From a candidate division FCPU426 bacterium (GTDB lineage: Bacteria > Oederibacteriota > Muellerivitia > Muellerivitales > Muellerivitaceae), in assembly GCA_963738405.1 (NCBI GenBank), contig CAVTWJ010000023.1, positions 96,001 to 160,000 on the forward strand: a stretch of DNA of 64,000 nucleotides. Reading direction: 5' to 3'. Position 1 is the first letter of the stretch; each line of letters starts with the position of its first letter. The notes below the pieces were generated by a model, which worked only from the letters and a program-made list of their open reading frames with translations, was not told the origin of the DNA and did not search any database. Position numbers and translations under genes: made by a program. Below, in pieces: positions 49,105-58,201 of this stretch.

Positions 49105-49968
49105 TTAAAATTCAAAACCCATTTGTGGGGTTATATTCTTTTTAGTGTCACTCCAAAAACGCTGTCCCAATGGTTTACGACTGAAAAGCATCAAGTGATA
49201 GAGCAGAACGTTTTTTCCTTCAATGGTAACCCTTATGGAATCACTTGGGCCTCCATAACGATAACCAAGTTCTTTCATCTTTTCACAAAAATAATCCAGG
49301 ACAAACAAGGCGAAATCCCTATTTCCCGAGGCTATTACCTTTTCCCATTCCTTGCGCCAGTTTTGATCCCCGAAGAATTCATCTATCAATGGGTCATCCG
49401 GGTCCAAGTAAATATCCTGGTTTCGGCGAGCGTCATAACCAGTAGGTATTAAAACCAAAAAATCAACATACAGTTCAGACAGTCGTTTGATCGTCTTGAA
49501 TTTAATGTCGCTGATGCGAAAAGGATCCACTAAGCAAAACGAAAGACAGGAGCTACCCTTACCAAATTTTGGAATTTCTTCCAAGATTGCTTCAACATTC
49601 TGGTTGACGTCTCCCGTAATGATTTTGAACTTATCCGCATCACAAACCGCCGAAACCCTCTCGGCCAAAGCCGTGTAACATTCCGGATCTTGTTCACAGA
49701 AAATGTATTTATCGAAACGGTGCTCTACCCCCAAAGCTAATAACGGGGAACCGGGTACGATGATTCCCTGTTCCTCAATCTTAGATCGCCCTGCACCTGA
49801 AAAAAGATCAATGTAAACCCGGTTGTCCCACTTGGCTTTCATGCTGGTACTGAAAATTTTCAGGTAATAACTGATCGCTTGATACTTCTTCAAAGAATGG
49901 TCTTTGATCGACGGCGTTAGTAGGCCGTCATCCGCCAGTTGTGGGATTTCAGATGAATGATTTTCCAT
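49105..49968 (-). CDS. tcmP: Three-Cys-motif partner protein TcmP (methyltransferase-like fold)
   Basis: YIDLFSGAG, GSPLLAL, GDVN, LVDPF; directly upstream of DUF5131. Confidence 0.85.
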   Translation of the reverse strand: MENHSSEIPQLADDGLLTPSIKDHSLKKYQAISYYLKIFSTSMKAKWDNRVYIDLFSGAGRSKIEEQGIIVPGSPLLALGVEHRFDKYIFCEQDPECYTALAERVSAVCDADKFKIITGDVNQNVEAILEEIPKFGKGSSCLSFCLVDPFRISDIKFKTIKRLSELYVDFLVLIPTGYDARRNQDIYLDPDDPLIDEFFGDQNWRKEWEKVIASGNRDFALFVLDYFCEKMKELGYRYGGPSDSIRVTIEGKNVLLYHLMLFSRKPLGQRFWSDTKKNITPQMGFEF

Positions 49969-50115
49969 TGAACCAATTTCCTTAAATAGGTATACACAAG
50001 TATTCTAGCATATAGTGCAGTGCCACCAAAGGCCCTTGGTAGCGTTCATCCTTTTCACCCCGTCCAAACCTGATTTTTGGGGCATACCCTTTGACACTCG
50101 TTTTGTGAACGAGGG

Positions 50116-52545
50116 TCAGGGTGAATTCTGTACCGGTATAGATATCGCCATCTTCACCACTTTCGGGTTATAGGGCTTGGCGCCGCGCGTGTGCCAGTTG
50201 GTCTCGACCTTGTCCCATTCGCCTGGATCCACGACAAACAAAACATGGTTCCCCGGAGCGAGGTTTTGCAAAACGCCTTCCAAAGCCTTAGGGCTCTGCG
50301 CCATCTGCGGGTTTTGATCTACGCCCCAAACATGGTCGCCCGGCAGAAGGTTCGATTTTTCCACTGGGCTGTTTTGCCATTCCCCTTCCACCCGTCCCCC
50401 ATCGCCCAACAACACACCTTGGTTCAGGTAAGGCAATCCACTCACGGGTGCGTTCTTCCCCGCTCGGGCGTTTCGAATCCAAAATTCCAAGGCGGATAGC
50501 AAATGCTGGCAATCCTCAGCGGTGGCGCATTGAAACACCAAGGGCACCTTCAAACTCGATACCACCAATGAAAGCTGGTAGATCGGGTGGGGCGTTCCTG
50601 ACAACACCTCAATCTGGCAGGTGTGGATGGCCCTTACTTCTTCCCAATAAAATTCAATCTTGCTGGGCCCGCCTAATGGAAGGCCAAAGGGGTTATCCCC
50701 CTGAAAGGTCAAAACCAGGCTCGACATGTTGGGCATGAGTGTCAGTATCTTTTGGGTATCTTTTCCCACCTTCAGGGAATATTTTTCCGAATCCTGCATA
50801 TCCCCGGTTCGGCGCCCGGCCATGTCGGGGTTGATGCCCTCATCCGGCGTGACGGGAAAATCTTTCACCGTGGAGGGAAGAGGTATGGGGGCTATCTCAG
50901 CCTCCAGCATTTCTATTGTCTCGTCGGAAGCCTGCCAAGCATGACTGGGGAGATAGACTTGGACTGGGGTGTTAGAAACTGGTGTTAAAGGCTTTTTATC
51001 CCGGGGCCTTATTACCTTTTGGCCCGGGACAACTAAACCCCGCACCTCAGCCTGTTGCTTCGGTGCAAGTGACAGGTCACTCAAGGGTGTTTTTTGCGAG
51101 GCCTGATCGACCTTGGAAGCCGCACTCTCTGAATGGGTCCATGGGCTGAAAAGCCGGCCCACAAAACCCTCACCCCAACCAAGCATTCGGCCCGGATGGT
51201 GCCAAGCCCAAAGGATCGCCCAAAAGACCAAGAAGGTGAAAGCGAGCTGGATCAACCCGTTCACCCACTTTCCCTCGGCGCAAAGGCGGATGCCCTTTTC
51301 CAACATTCGATAGGGCAGTTTCACCAACCATTCCAGGCCCTTTAACAATTGGCTCCCAACCCATTTCAAGAATCTCAGCCATAAGGATTTGGATGCCTTG
51401 GCTTTAGAGCCCCCTTTGCCCTTAACGCCCCCCTTTGAACTGGCCTTCGCCTTGCCCTGGGCTTTTACCGTGCCTAAGTCTGAGGCGGCTTTTGTAAGGT
51501 GACCGGCCACTGCCGTTAGAACCTTGTGCAGCCCGCCCTGGGCGGGAGTGGGGGCATTGAGGGCGGCTTTGCCGTAATCCTCCGGTTGGTGGCCTTCCTT
51601 GATCCACGCCACAAAGGCCTTTACCTTGGCCTCGGTCATCTTATGTTCTATGGCCACGGCCAATGCCCGTCTAACCAAGTCTTGGGTTTCGGGGGGTATG
51701 ACGGGATAAGGCCATAGCTTTTGGGGTTCCAGCTGGGCTGAAGCCTCAAGCCGAAGCCCGTGACTTGCTTGTCCGGGCTCAATGGGGGTATCAGGAGCCG
51801 GGATCCCGACTTTCTTCTTGACCCCAGGCTTTAGGCCTGTTCCAGGGCCCAAACCTGCCAATTGTGCGGCGGCAATCTCGGAAATGCCCTTATTTCCCTT
51901 ATTTGAATTGCTCGTAATACGAGCAATTGAGGTCAATTCCGGGTTTGAATTGCTCGCAGTGCGAGCAATTAACTCCCTAGCCTCCGAGTTTAAGAGTGGT
52001 AAGAGCTTGATTGCCCTATTTACCTTCTCCTCGTCCATCTTTCTTTTGTCCGCGATCTGCCTTTGGGTGAGGTTCGGGTTGGCCTTTATCAGCAGTTCAA
52101 TGTGCAGGTAATCCCCCCACCAGCCCCTATCCCTGACCTTATTATCCCAATAGAGAAGATCGGCGGCTTCTTCGGGGTTCGGGTTGTGGATAAAGCCATC
52201 GATGCTCTCCCATTGAAGCAGTTCTGCGGCCCTGTCCCGCAGTTCCCCGCCATAGATCAAGTAATTGAAATCCCCCAGCTCCCAGGGCTTGCCATCCCCC
52301 CTTAGCCGGGGGTCATCGGGATGAAGCTGGGCCCCATTGGCCAGGGGGTTGGCCCTATCGGGACCCACCTGGATGGGGTTCTGGAGCCCCCTTTCGGCCA
52401 TATCATCCGCCTGATCCTTAATTTCTTGTTCGGTGGGCTTACCGGGGTTGTCCGGATTGCGGCGGAGGTTCTTGCGGGGGATCGGCTGTTTGCCGGGGAA
52501 AATTACAGGCAGAAGCTTCAAAACGTCTTCGATAGATACGGGCAT
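50116..52545 (-). CDS. ParB-like N-terminal domain + HTH + TM + PH-like + PDZ-like fusion protein
   Basis: NPDNP, GLQNPIQV, YLIYGGELRDRAA, LTQRQIADKRKMDEEKVNRAIKLL, TM LIQLAFTFLVFWAILWAW, FQCATAEDCQHLLSALEFW, NSPVEKSNLLPGDHVWGVD. Confidence 0.7.
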   Translation of the reverse strand: MPVSIEDVLKLLPVIFPGKQPIPRKNLRRNPDNPGKPTEQEIKDQADDMAERGLQNPIQVGPDRANPLANGAQLHPDDPRLRGDGKPWELGDFNYLIYGGELRDRAAELLQWESIDGFIHNPNPEEAADLLYWDNKVRDRGWWGDYLHIELLIKANPNLTQRQIADKRKMDEEKVNRAIKLLPLLNSEARELIARTASNSNPELTSIARITSNSNKGNKGISEIAAAQLAGLGPGTGLKPGVKKKVGIPAPDTPIEPGQASHGLRLEASAQLEPQKLWPYPVIPPETQDLVRRALAVAIEHKMTEAKVKAFVAWIKEGHQPEDYGKAALNAPTPAQGGLHKVLTAVAGHLTKAASDLGTVKAQGKAKASSKGGVKGKGGSKAKASKSLWLRFLKWVGSQLLKGLEWLVKLPYRMLEKGIRLCAEGKWVNGLIQLAFTFLVFWAILWAWHHPGRMLGWGEGFVGRLFSPWTHSESAASKVDQASQKTPLSDLSLAPKQQAEVRGLVVPGQKVIRPRDKKPLTPVSNTPVQVYLPSHAWQASDETIEMLEAEIAPIPLPSTVKDFPVTPDEGINPDMAGRRTGDMQDSEKYSLKVGKDTQKILTLMPNMSSLVLTFQGDNPFGLPLGGPSKIEFYWEEVRAIHTCQIEVLSGTPHPIYQLSLVVSSLKVPLVFQCATAEDCQHLLSALEFWIRNARAGKNAPVSGLPYLNQGVLLGDGGRVEGEWQNSPVEKSNLLPGDHVWGVDQNPQMAQSPKALEGVLQNLAPGNHVLFVVDPGEWDKVETNWHTRGAKPYNPKVVKMAISIPVQNSP
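51906..51970. repeat. Two perfect 23-bp palindromes inside the ParB-like gene
   Basis: AATTGCTCGTA-A-TACGAGCAATT (51906-51928) and AATTGCTCGCA-G-TGCGAGCAATT (51948-51970); 42-bp period. Confidence 0.9.
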
Positions 52546-52763
52546 ACATACCTCCGGCTATAAAAAGGTGAACGGCTGATTTTTCATATTTAATTCAGGC
52601 GGAAATAATTTTCCAGAAAATTTGAAGGCGGGGATAAAGAATTTACATTCGGTTTTGATAAAAGAGGCCAAAATCGGACAACTATTAGGCAAAATTTAAG
52701 GATGCACACTTTGAATGGGGTAAAATAACATCTCGTCTCGTTATTTTATTTTAGAGGTGTCCT

Positions 52764-53990
52764 ATGCAGAAATTATTCATGTTATTTTTTCTTGTCGGTT
52801 TCAGCTATGCCCAAACTATGGTTCTGACCCCATCCTTAACCTCTACCACTTCGCCGGTTACAACCCCGAACATGATTCCCTCCCCAACCTCCCCTGTTCC
52901 GGCTTCAAATGTTCCGGGTCAATTGGAATTCGACAAAGGTTTTGAGTTCTTAAATATAAGAGATTTTAAAAACGCGAGGGATTGGTTTGAAAAGGCCAAA
53001 CAAGCGGGAAACATCGAAGCCGAATATGAAATTTACGTCCTGGATCATTTTCCTGATCATGCCCAATTCGTAGGGACAAACGACATTACCTATATATCTG
53101 AAAGTGTTACCAATCAGGATGACGTCAAATCTGGCACCCAGGCGCTTCTGGAAATTACACTCCGGTCCGCCAACCAGGGAAATGTACGGGCTGAGGGACG
53201 CCTTTGGGGTTTTTATAGCAGGGATAAGGCCTATCTTGGATATCCCCAAAATATGGCGGAAGGCCTCAAATGGCTTAGAAAAGCCGCGGAACAAGGGGAC
53301 CCTAGTTCAGAGGACGCGCTTGGTCAATTCTACGAGCAAGGGCCGGAAATTAAGATCCAAACAGGCCTGCCGAAAGACATGGTATTAGCCAGGCATTGGT
53401 ACGAATTGGCCGCGGCACAGGGGTGGTCGGACGCGAAAACAAAAGTGGCCCAGTTTGACAGCGAAAACGAAGCAGTAACCTGTTGGGGCTTTATCGGAAA
53501 TCAGCTTACACATGGTTCCGAGACGACTCAGAGACTTGAATTGGAAAAACCTGTCACGTTAGGGAATCCCATCGGAGCCCTTCTTCTGTGCCCCATACAA
53601 AAAACAGAGACTTACATGCCCTACGCGAAGATAACGGGCAATATCCATTGGACTGGGTGGCGGCCTATGTTGAAAATCAATTCCGTCGAAATCATCCAGG
53701 ACCAGGGGAGCCATTTTATTGATCACATAACCGAAGCGTCCCAGTACGTGCCGGATATGGTTCTGGTCATGTTCAAAGAGGACACGCCAGAAAATGTAAT
53801 GTCAGAAATTCTTTCAAAAATGGGCGATTCCACACCCCTGGCCCAGAGATTACTCAAAAACAATTTTTCTATTAAGCTTAGAAAAGGGATGTCCGTAAAG
53901 GATGCCCTTAAAATTTTGCTGAACAACCCCAACGTGGAGTCCGCCGAACCCGACCAAATTAGAAATATTTCTTCTAGTGTGGGCTCATAA
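52764..53990 (+). CDS. Exported Sel1-repeat protein with C-terminal subtilase-prodomain-like domain
   Basis: Signal peptide; KWLRKAAEQG, HWYELAAAQG; C-terminal YVPDMVLVMFK...NPNVESAEPD. Confidence 0.75.
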   Translation: MQKLFMLFFLVGFSYAQTMVLTPSLTSTTSPVTTPNMIPSPTSPVPASNVPGQLEFDKGFEFLNIRDFKNARDWFEKAKQAGNIEAEYEIYVLDHFPDHAQFVGTNDITYISESVTNQDDVKSGTQALLEITLRSANQGNVRAEGRLWGFYSRDKAYLGYPQNMAEGLKWLRKAAEQGDPSSEDALGQFYEQGPEIKIQTGLPKDMVLARHWYELAAAQGWSDAKTKVAQFDSENEAVTCWGFIGNQLTHGSETTQRLELEKPVTLGNPIGALLLCPIQKTETYMPYAKITGNIHWTGWRPMLKINSVEIIQDQGSHFIDHITEASQYVPDMVLVMFKEDTPENVMSEILSKMGDSTPLAQRLLKNNFSIKLRKGMSVKDALKILLNNPNVESAEPDQIRNISSSVGS

Positions 53991-54025
53991 AAAAATCATT
54001 TTATGGATAATTTTTCCAGGAAAAT

Positions 54026-54199
54026 TCAGGCGGGCTTCATCAAATGCCATCTCTGCAAAAAGGGTGTGAGGTTGATGACCAGCAGATCCCACAGGAACTT
54101 CAAAATAAACAGGGCCTGGTGCCAGTAACAAATACAAATAACCAATAGGGTCGCGAAAAGAATCGCAAAAACGCCTTTATAACTTCCTTCTTGATACAT
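54026..54199 (-). CDS. Small hydrophobic protein (57 aa), coupled to gntK
   Basis: ATG overlaps the gntK stop (TAATG); MYQEGSYKGVFAILFATLLVICICYW...; below the ORF-track cutoff. Confidence 0.4.
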   Translation of the reverse strand: MYQEGSYKGVFAILFATLLVICICYWHQALFILKFLWDLLVINLTPFLQRWHLMKPA

Positions 54200-54684
54200 T
54201 AGTTCTCCAGATTTAATCGCGAATGAATCTTCTCAACCATTTTATCCACTGGCAGGGCAATGTCCACCACAAGGGCTTCCGTCGGTTCTTCCAGGTCATG
54301 AAATTGGGTCTCAAGCAACTGGGTTGGAAAAAAATGTCCAGCTCGGGACAAGAGACGTCGATGGACTAAGTCATGATTCCCTTTTAAGTAAATCCACTTC
54401 AACTTCTCGTTCGATTCCAAAATGCGCCGGTATTTGGCCTTGAGGGCTGAACAGGCCAAAACAAAAATTGAATTTTGTTTTCTCCATTCTTTCATCTTTT
54501 CACTGATCAACTTTAACCAGGGTTCCCGGTCTTCGTCCGTTAAAGCCTCTCCCGTTTTCATCTTCCTCGCATTTTCAACCGGGTGAAAATCATCCCCCTC
54601 ATAGAAAGGGCAGTTCAAAACTTCCGCCAGCTTTTTCCCCACAGTCGTTTTTCCGCTTCCCGCTACTCCCATCACGATGATCAC
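54199..54684 (-). CDS. gntK: Gluconokinase (GntK/IdnK type)
   Basis: MGVAGSGKTT, EGDDFHP, LTDEDREPWL, ACSALK..YR, Q..DLEEP. Confidence 0.93.
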   Translation of the reverse strand: MIIVMGVAGSGKTTVGKKLAEVLNCPFYEGDDFHPVENARKMKTGEALTDEDREPWLKLISEKMKEWRKQNSIFVLACSALKAKYRRILESNEKLKWIYLKGNHDLVHRRLLSRAGHFFPTQLLETQFHDLEEPTEALVVDIALPVDKMVEKIHSRLNLEN

Positions 54685-54707
54685 TTTTAGTACCCTCCGA
54701 AATTTTC

Positions 54708-54794
54708 ACCACCAAGGCACCAAGACGCCAAGAAAACCTTCAGTTTTTAAAATCCTTGAATTTGCCTTCCTTGGTGACTTCGTGTCTTGGTGGT
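54708..54794. repeat. Family A inverted-repeat element
   Basis: ACCACCAAGGCACCAAGACGCCAAG ... CTTGGTGACTTCGTGTCTTGGTGGT, between recO and gntK. Confidence 0.9.
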
Positions 54795-54796
54795 AA

Positions 54797-55585
54797 TTAT
54801 TGGTTTTTTTCATTTTTTTCTTCCTTCGAAGAAAGGGACAGGTAGAAGTCGAGGGTCTTGAGGTGCTTTTCAAAGGTTTGTTGAAGGTATTCCAGGGTGG
54901 TCAATAAAACGGAACGGGCCTGGGAAGGCGTCAATTTCAAAAGCGTCGCCCGCGAAAGGGGTAATTCGAGCAGTTTCTTGAGCCATGCCAGGGACTGGGG
55001 ATTCACTTGAAGCCGGGAAGGACCCACGGGGGAGCAGGAAGCGCAAAGGGCCCCGCCCCGGTGGGGCACCAGATTCGCCTTTTTTCCCTGTAAGGATTCC
55101 CCGCATTCGGCGCAATCGGTGAATTCCAACGGGTAGCCCCCTTCCCTTAAAAAACGAAGGTTGAAGGCGGCTAGAAGCTGTTCCCTTTGGGCCGGTTCCT
55201 TTTCCCAACCTGCCAACAAGGCTCTCACCCCGTCAAAAAGAACAGGATGGGGTTCCCCCTCCGGCAGGCATCCCAAAAGAATATCGGCCAAAAGCTGAAG
55301 AAGGGCGATAGCGGTTAAATCTTTTTTTAAATCAGGGTGCCCGTTAAGAACCTTGGCCTGGGATAGGCTGTAAGAGTCGCCGCGTTTTGCGGGATGCAGC
55401 ACGAAGGATGATTCGGTGAAAAATTCCAGGGCGGGGGCCATCCGGCTCTTGGGCTTCCTTACCCCCCGGGCGAAGGCCCGGATTCTTCCGCTTTCCTTGG
55501 TCATCAAGCGGACCCACTTGTCCGCCTCGCCCGAAGGGCTGGCCGAAAGGACAAAGCCCCGTTCGGTTTTTAAAGGTTTAGACAA
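54797..55585 (-). CDS. recO: DNA repair protein RecO
   Basis: GEADKWV.L.T...G.I.AFARGVRKPKSR; Zn motif CAECG...CASC. TTG at 55585 follows GAGAGGG; the longer ORF-track start runs through a repeat. Confidence 0.92.
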   Translation of the reverse strand: MSKPLKTERGFVLSASPSGEADKWVRLMTKESGRIRAFARGVRKPKSRMAPALEFFTESSFVLHPAKRGDSYSLSQAKVLNGHPDLKKDLTAIALLQLLADILLGCLPEGEPHPVLFDGVRALLAGWEKEPAQREQLLAAFNLRFLREGGYPLEFTDCAECGESLQGKKANLVPHRGGALCASCSPVGPSRLQVNPQSLAWLKKLLELPLSRATLLKLTPSQARSVLLTTLEYLQQTFEKHLKTLDFYLSLSSKEEKNEKNQ

Positions 55586-55597
55586 AAACAACCCTCT

Positions 55598-55738
55598 CAC
55601 CACCACGATACGTCCCCTCCAGGGACCGGCTTGTATCGCACAAAGACACCAAGGAAGGCCAGAAAAAAGATTTGGATTTACGGTGTTCATCAAACAACTT
55701 CTTAACGGTGTTCTTGGTGTCTTCGTGTCTTGGTGGTG
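55598..55738. repeat. Family A element with a 33-nt hairpin inserted in its left arm
   Basis: CACCACCA[55606-55638]CACAAAGACACCAAG ... CTTGGTGTCTTCGTGTCTTGGTGGTG. Confidence 0.8.
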
Positions 55739-55780
55739 AAAATATCTTTTTCTTTTGAGTTTTTTTCACGGTTTTAAGAT

Positions 55781-56845
55781 TCAAACTTGAGATTCCCTTT
55801 CATCCAGCAGGGCCACCGAGAGGGCGGGAAAATAAAGGGCGCAAAAAACCACAAAAAAGGCCGCCGTGAACAGCATTCCAAAGAAACTCAAGAACCCCAC
55901 CAAAGGCACCAAAAGCGCCAGTATCAAGAAAATCTGGACCACGATAAAAAGCGCCGCTAGGCCTATCAGGGCCAAAAAGACGCACTTCGTGAAATGCCAG
56001 CCCTGGGCAGAGCAGGATTTCCAGCCAAGCGTTAAGGATTCGGCGATGCCTTTGCCGCTTCCCACCCAAGCCTTAACCGCCAGCGAATAGGCCACGATTC
56101 CAAAAGCCACGGCAAGGTAAAGGAGGAAAACAGGGATGCTGAAGCAAACCATGATGGCCAAAGAAAGGCCGTCGCTTAAATGCAGGGCATGGATGAATAA
56201 ACCAACCCCCATCCCAACGACGCGGAAACCCAGGCCGACCCCTAAGGAAATCACGAACAATAGAGCCAGGGTTGCCAGATAGGGGAGGAAACGCCCTAAG
56301 GCATCCTTAAAAAATTCTCCGAGGGAAAAACCCTTCCCCTCCCTCTTAAGCCTCCAAAAGGCCCCGTAGATACCGCCATTGACCAGGGCTTCCAAAAACA
56401 GCGCCCACAGGCAATAAAAAAACAGGAGACCCAAAAAAATACCAAGCCAGGAAGTATCGGATGTCCCTATGGAATAAAGTTTATTTGTAAATTCCTGGGG
56501 ATCGTAGCTGTCCGGGTTTTGAATAATATCCCCGAAGGCCTGCCCCATGGCCGCGATGAGCGGCCAACACCCAACCAGAAAAACCACCCCCAGCATGGCC
56601 AGGTTCATCAGGGCCGCCAGGGACTGGAGGATCAACAGGGGCCACATTTTCATGCAGGCTTGAAAGGCGTTTTGGAACAGGACAGAGAAGGAAGTTTCCG
56701 CGCCCACGGAGGGAGAAGGTGTGGCCGTTGCCTCGGGCGCGGCATTCGGGAGCACCACGCTTTCGACAGAACTTAAGCGGGGTTTGCGACGGGGTGTTCT
56801 GGGACGAGACGATTTTCTTACCGTCCGCTTCACTGATTTCGGCAT
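55781..56845 (-). CDS. Multi-TM hypothetical membrane protein
   Basis: Basic N-terminal tail followed by several hydrophobic helices; host-like composition. Confidence 0.8.
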   Translation of the reverse strand: MPKSVKRTVRKSSRPRTPRRKPRLSSVESVVLPNAAPEATATPSPSVGAETSFSVLFQNAFQACMKMWPLLILQSLAALMNLAMLGVVFLVGCWPLIAAMGQAFGDIIQNPDSYDPQEFTNKLYSIGTSDTSWLGIFLGLLFFYCLWALFLEALVNGGIYGAFWRLKREGKGFSLGEFFKDALGRFLPYLATLALLFVISLGVGLGFRVVGMGVGLFIHALHLSDGLSLAIMVCFSIPVFLLYLAVAFGIVAYSLAVKAWVGSGKGIAESLTLGWKSCSAQGWHFTKCVFLALIGLAALFIVVQIFLILALLVPLVGFLSFFGMLFTAAFFVVFCALYFPALSVALLDERESQV

Positions 56846-56881
56846 ATTGATCTCCGTTGTTAATCTTTCTTTTTAAACCAC

Positions 56882-56909
56882 TGTCCAATCAGGATCCCCA
56901 TCGCGGACA
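56882..56909. repeat. Family B site (degenerate, terminal)
   Basis: TGTCCAATCAG GATCCC CATCGCGGACA. Confidence 0.8.
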
Positions 56910-56956
56910 AGCCAAACACTTCATTGAAATTTGTATTCGGGGTATAAATCACCCGT

Positions 56957-57694
56957 TTATTTACCTAGTCGCAACTTTAATACGCTCAAAACCTTTTGGC
57001 GAGTTAGAACTGGAAGTCGGCTCAAAACCAAAGCGGAAACTTCCTTCATTTGTTCAAACAAAACAGATTCTTCTGAAGTGTCCTTCAATAAAGATGCCGA
57101 ACTATCCTTCATTGCGTCTTCGACACCATCTTCATCCAATTTACGGTCTTGCTCAGTTTTGTTTTGGCGTTCTCTCTCCTCCTGTTCGCCCATGGAAGAG
57201 ATACGACTTTGGCTATCCGCATTCGAGGTCCAATCCTCTTTCAATTCATGAACACGATTCAACAATCGGTTAATTTCCTTCAAGCCTTCCCATATCTCTT
57301 CCCCCGAAATTCCCGGTATCTTTCGCAAATCGGAAAGAACAAAGTCTTTCACACCTCGATCCAAACCCTTACCCCAATTCCGCATATCGGAAACATCCTC
57401 TTTGCCCGAAACAAAACCGATAAATGTATTGCAGGTCTCTTCGCCTACTTGATTAATTATTTTTTTACTTTGTTGGGTCGACATACCACTAATTGTCTTC
57501 AAAAAACGGCCATCTCCAAATAATTCGTAACTATTTTTTTGAGTTTCTTCCTCGTTTCTTAAATCGCGAAGACGAGTTATCAATTCCGCCTGGTGGATCT
57601 TATAAGTTTTGAATTGTTGGAAGAGAAAATACGAAAGAACAACGAAAAGTAATAGAAAAAGGTAAAAGTTGGCTGAATATTTATTCTTTTTCAT
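56957..57694 (-). CDS. AT-rich hypothetical protein with N-terminal TM anchor (cassette)
   Basis: 245 aa ORF filling the interval between sites 56882 and 57718. Confidence 0.75.
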   Translation of the reverse strand: MKKNKYSANFYLFLLLFVVLSYFLFQQFKTYKIHQAELITRLRDLRNEEETQKNSYELFGDGRFLKTISGMSTQQSKKIINQVGEETCNTFIGFVSGKEDVSDMRNWGKGLDRGVKDFVLSDLRKIPGISGEEIWEGLKEINRLLNRVHELKEDWTSNADSQSRISSMGEQEERERQNKTEQDRKLDEDGVEDAMKDSSASLLKDTSEESVLFEQMKEVSALVLSRLPVLTRQKVLSVLKLRLGK

Positions 57695-57717
57695 ACTCGT
57701 CCCATTTTTCCTTTAAG

Positions 57718-57745
57718 TGTCCACGACGGGTCCCTGTCGTGGACA
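57718..57745. repeat. Family B site
   Basis: TGTCCACGACG GGTCCC TGTCGTGGACA. Confidence 0.95.
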
Positions 57746-57757
57746 AGGTCTAGGGCG

Positions 57758-58201
57758 CTAAATCGGATTTCGAAAGTATTTTCCAAGAAATTCCCTAGGG
57801 GTAAGGATTTCCACTTCCTTCACTCGCTCCAGGGGACGGATATCTTGGTGGTCTCCCGTGACTAGGACACGGGCCTGGGCATCCACCGCGCATTCCAAAA
57901 TCCGGTTGTCAGCGTCTTTCCTTTTGATGGTTGTGAAATGGGAGCGGGGCTCGATGAGAACAAATACGGTTTTGAGCCTTCGCCTTAATTCAATGATGCG
58001 GTGATGGTCCCACCCGGCTTTTCGGGCCAGGGTATTTTCCAACTCGGCAAGGATATAGGACGAAACGACAGCTTCGATTTTTCCTTCCCGGGCCAATTCC
58101 AAGACTTTTAAGGGAGGGCTATCTTTTCCAAATGCCAGCGCGGAAAACAATACGTTGGTATCGACAACCACCCGTAATGGTTTACTTTCTGGCATCGTCA
58201 A
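57758..58201 (-). CDS. PIN family toxin
   Basis: RVVVDTNVLFSAL, DNRILECAV, LVTGD, ILTPREF. Confidence 0.92.
   Translation of the reverse strand: MTMPESKPLRVVVDTNVLFSALAFGKDSPPLKVLELAREGKIEAVVSSYILAELENTLARKAGWDHHRIIELRRRLKTVFVLIEPRSHFTTIKRKDADNRILECAVDAQARVLVTGDHQDIRPLERVKEVEILTPREFLGKYFRNPI

Noticed and set aside
50088..50121. Hairpin TGACACTCGTT-TTGTG-AACGAGGGTCA at the end of the ParB-like gene as another repeat family
   Set aside because: Single copy in the window; cannot be distinguished from a terminator-like stem.
48354..52545. Prophage or plasmid (phage Gp37/Gp68-like and ParB-like genes)
   Set aside because: No structural, replication, parA, conjugation or integrase genes are visible.
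55586..55784. Long N-terminal extension of RecO and ORF 55578..55784
   Set aside because: Both are read-throughs of a family A repeat; RecO similarity begins at the TTG at 55585.
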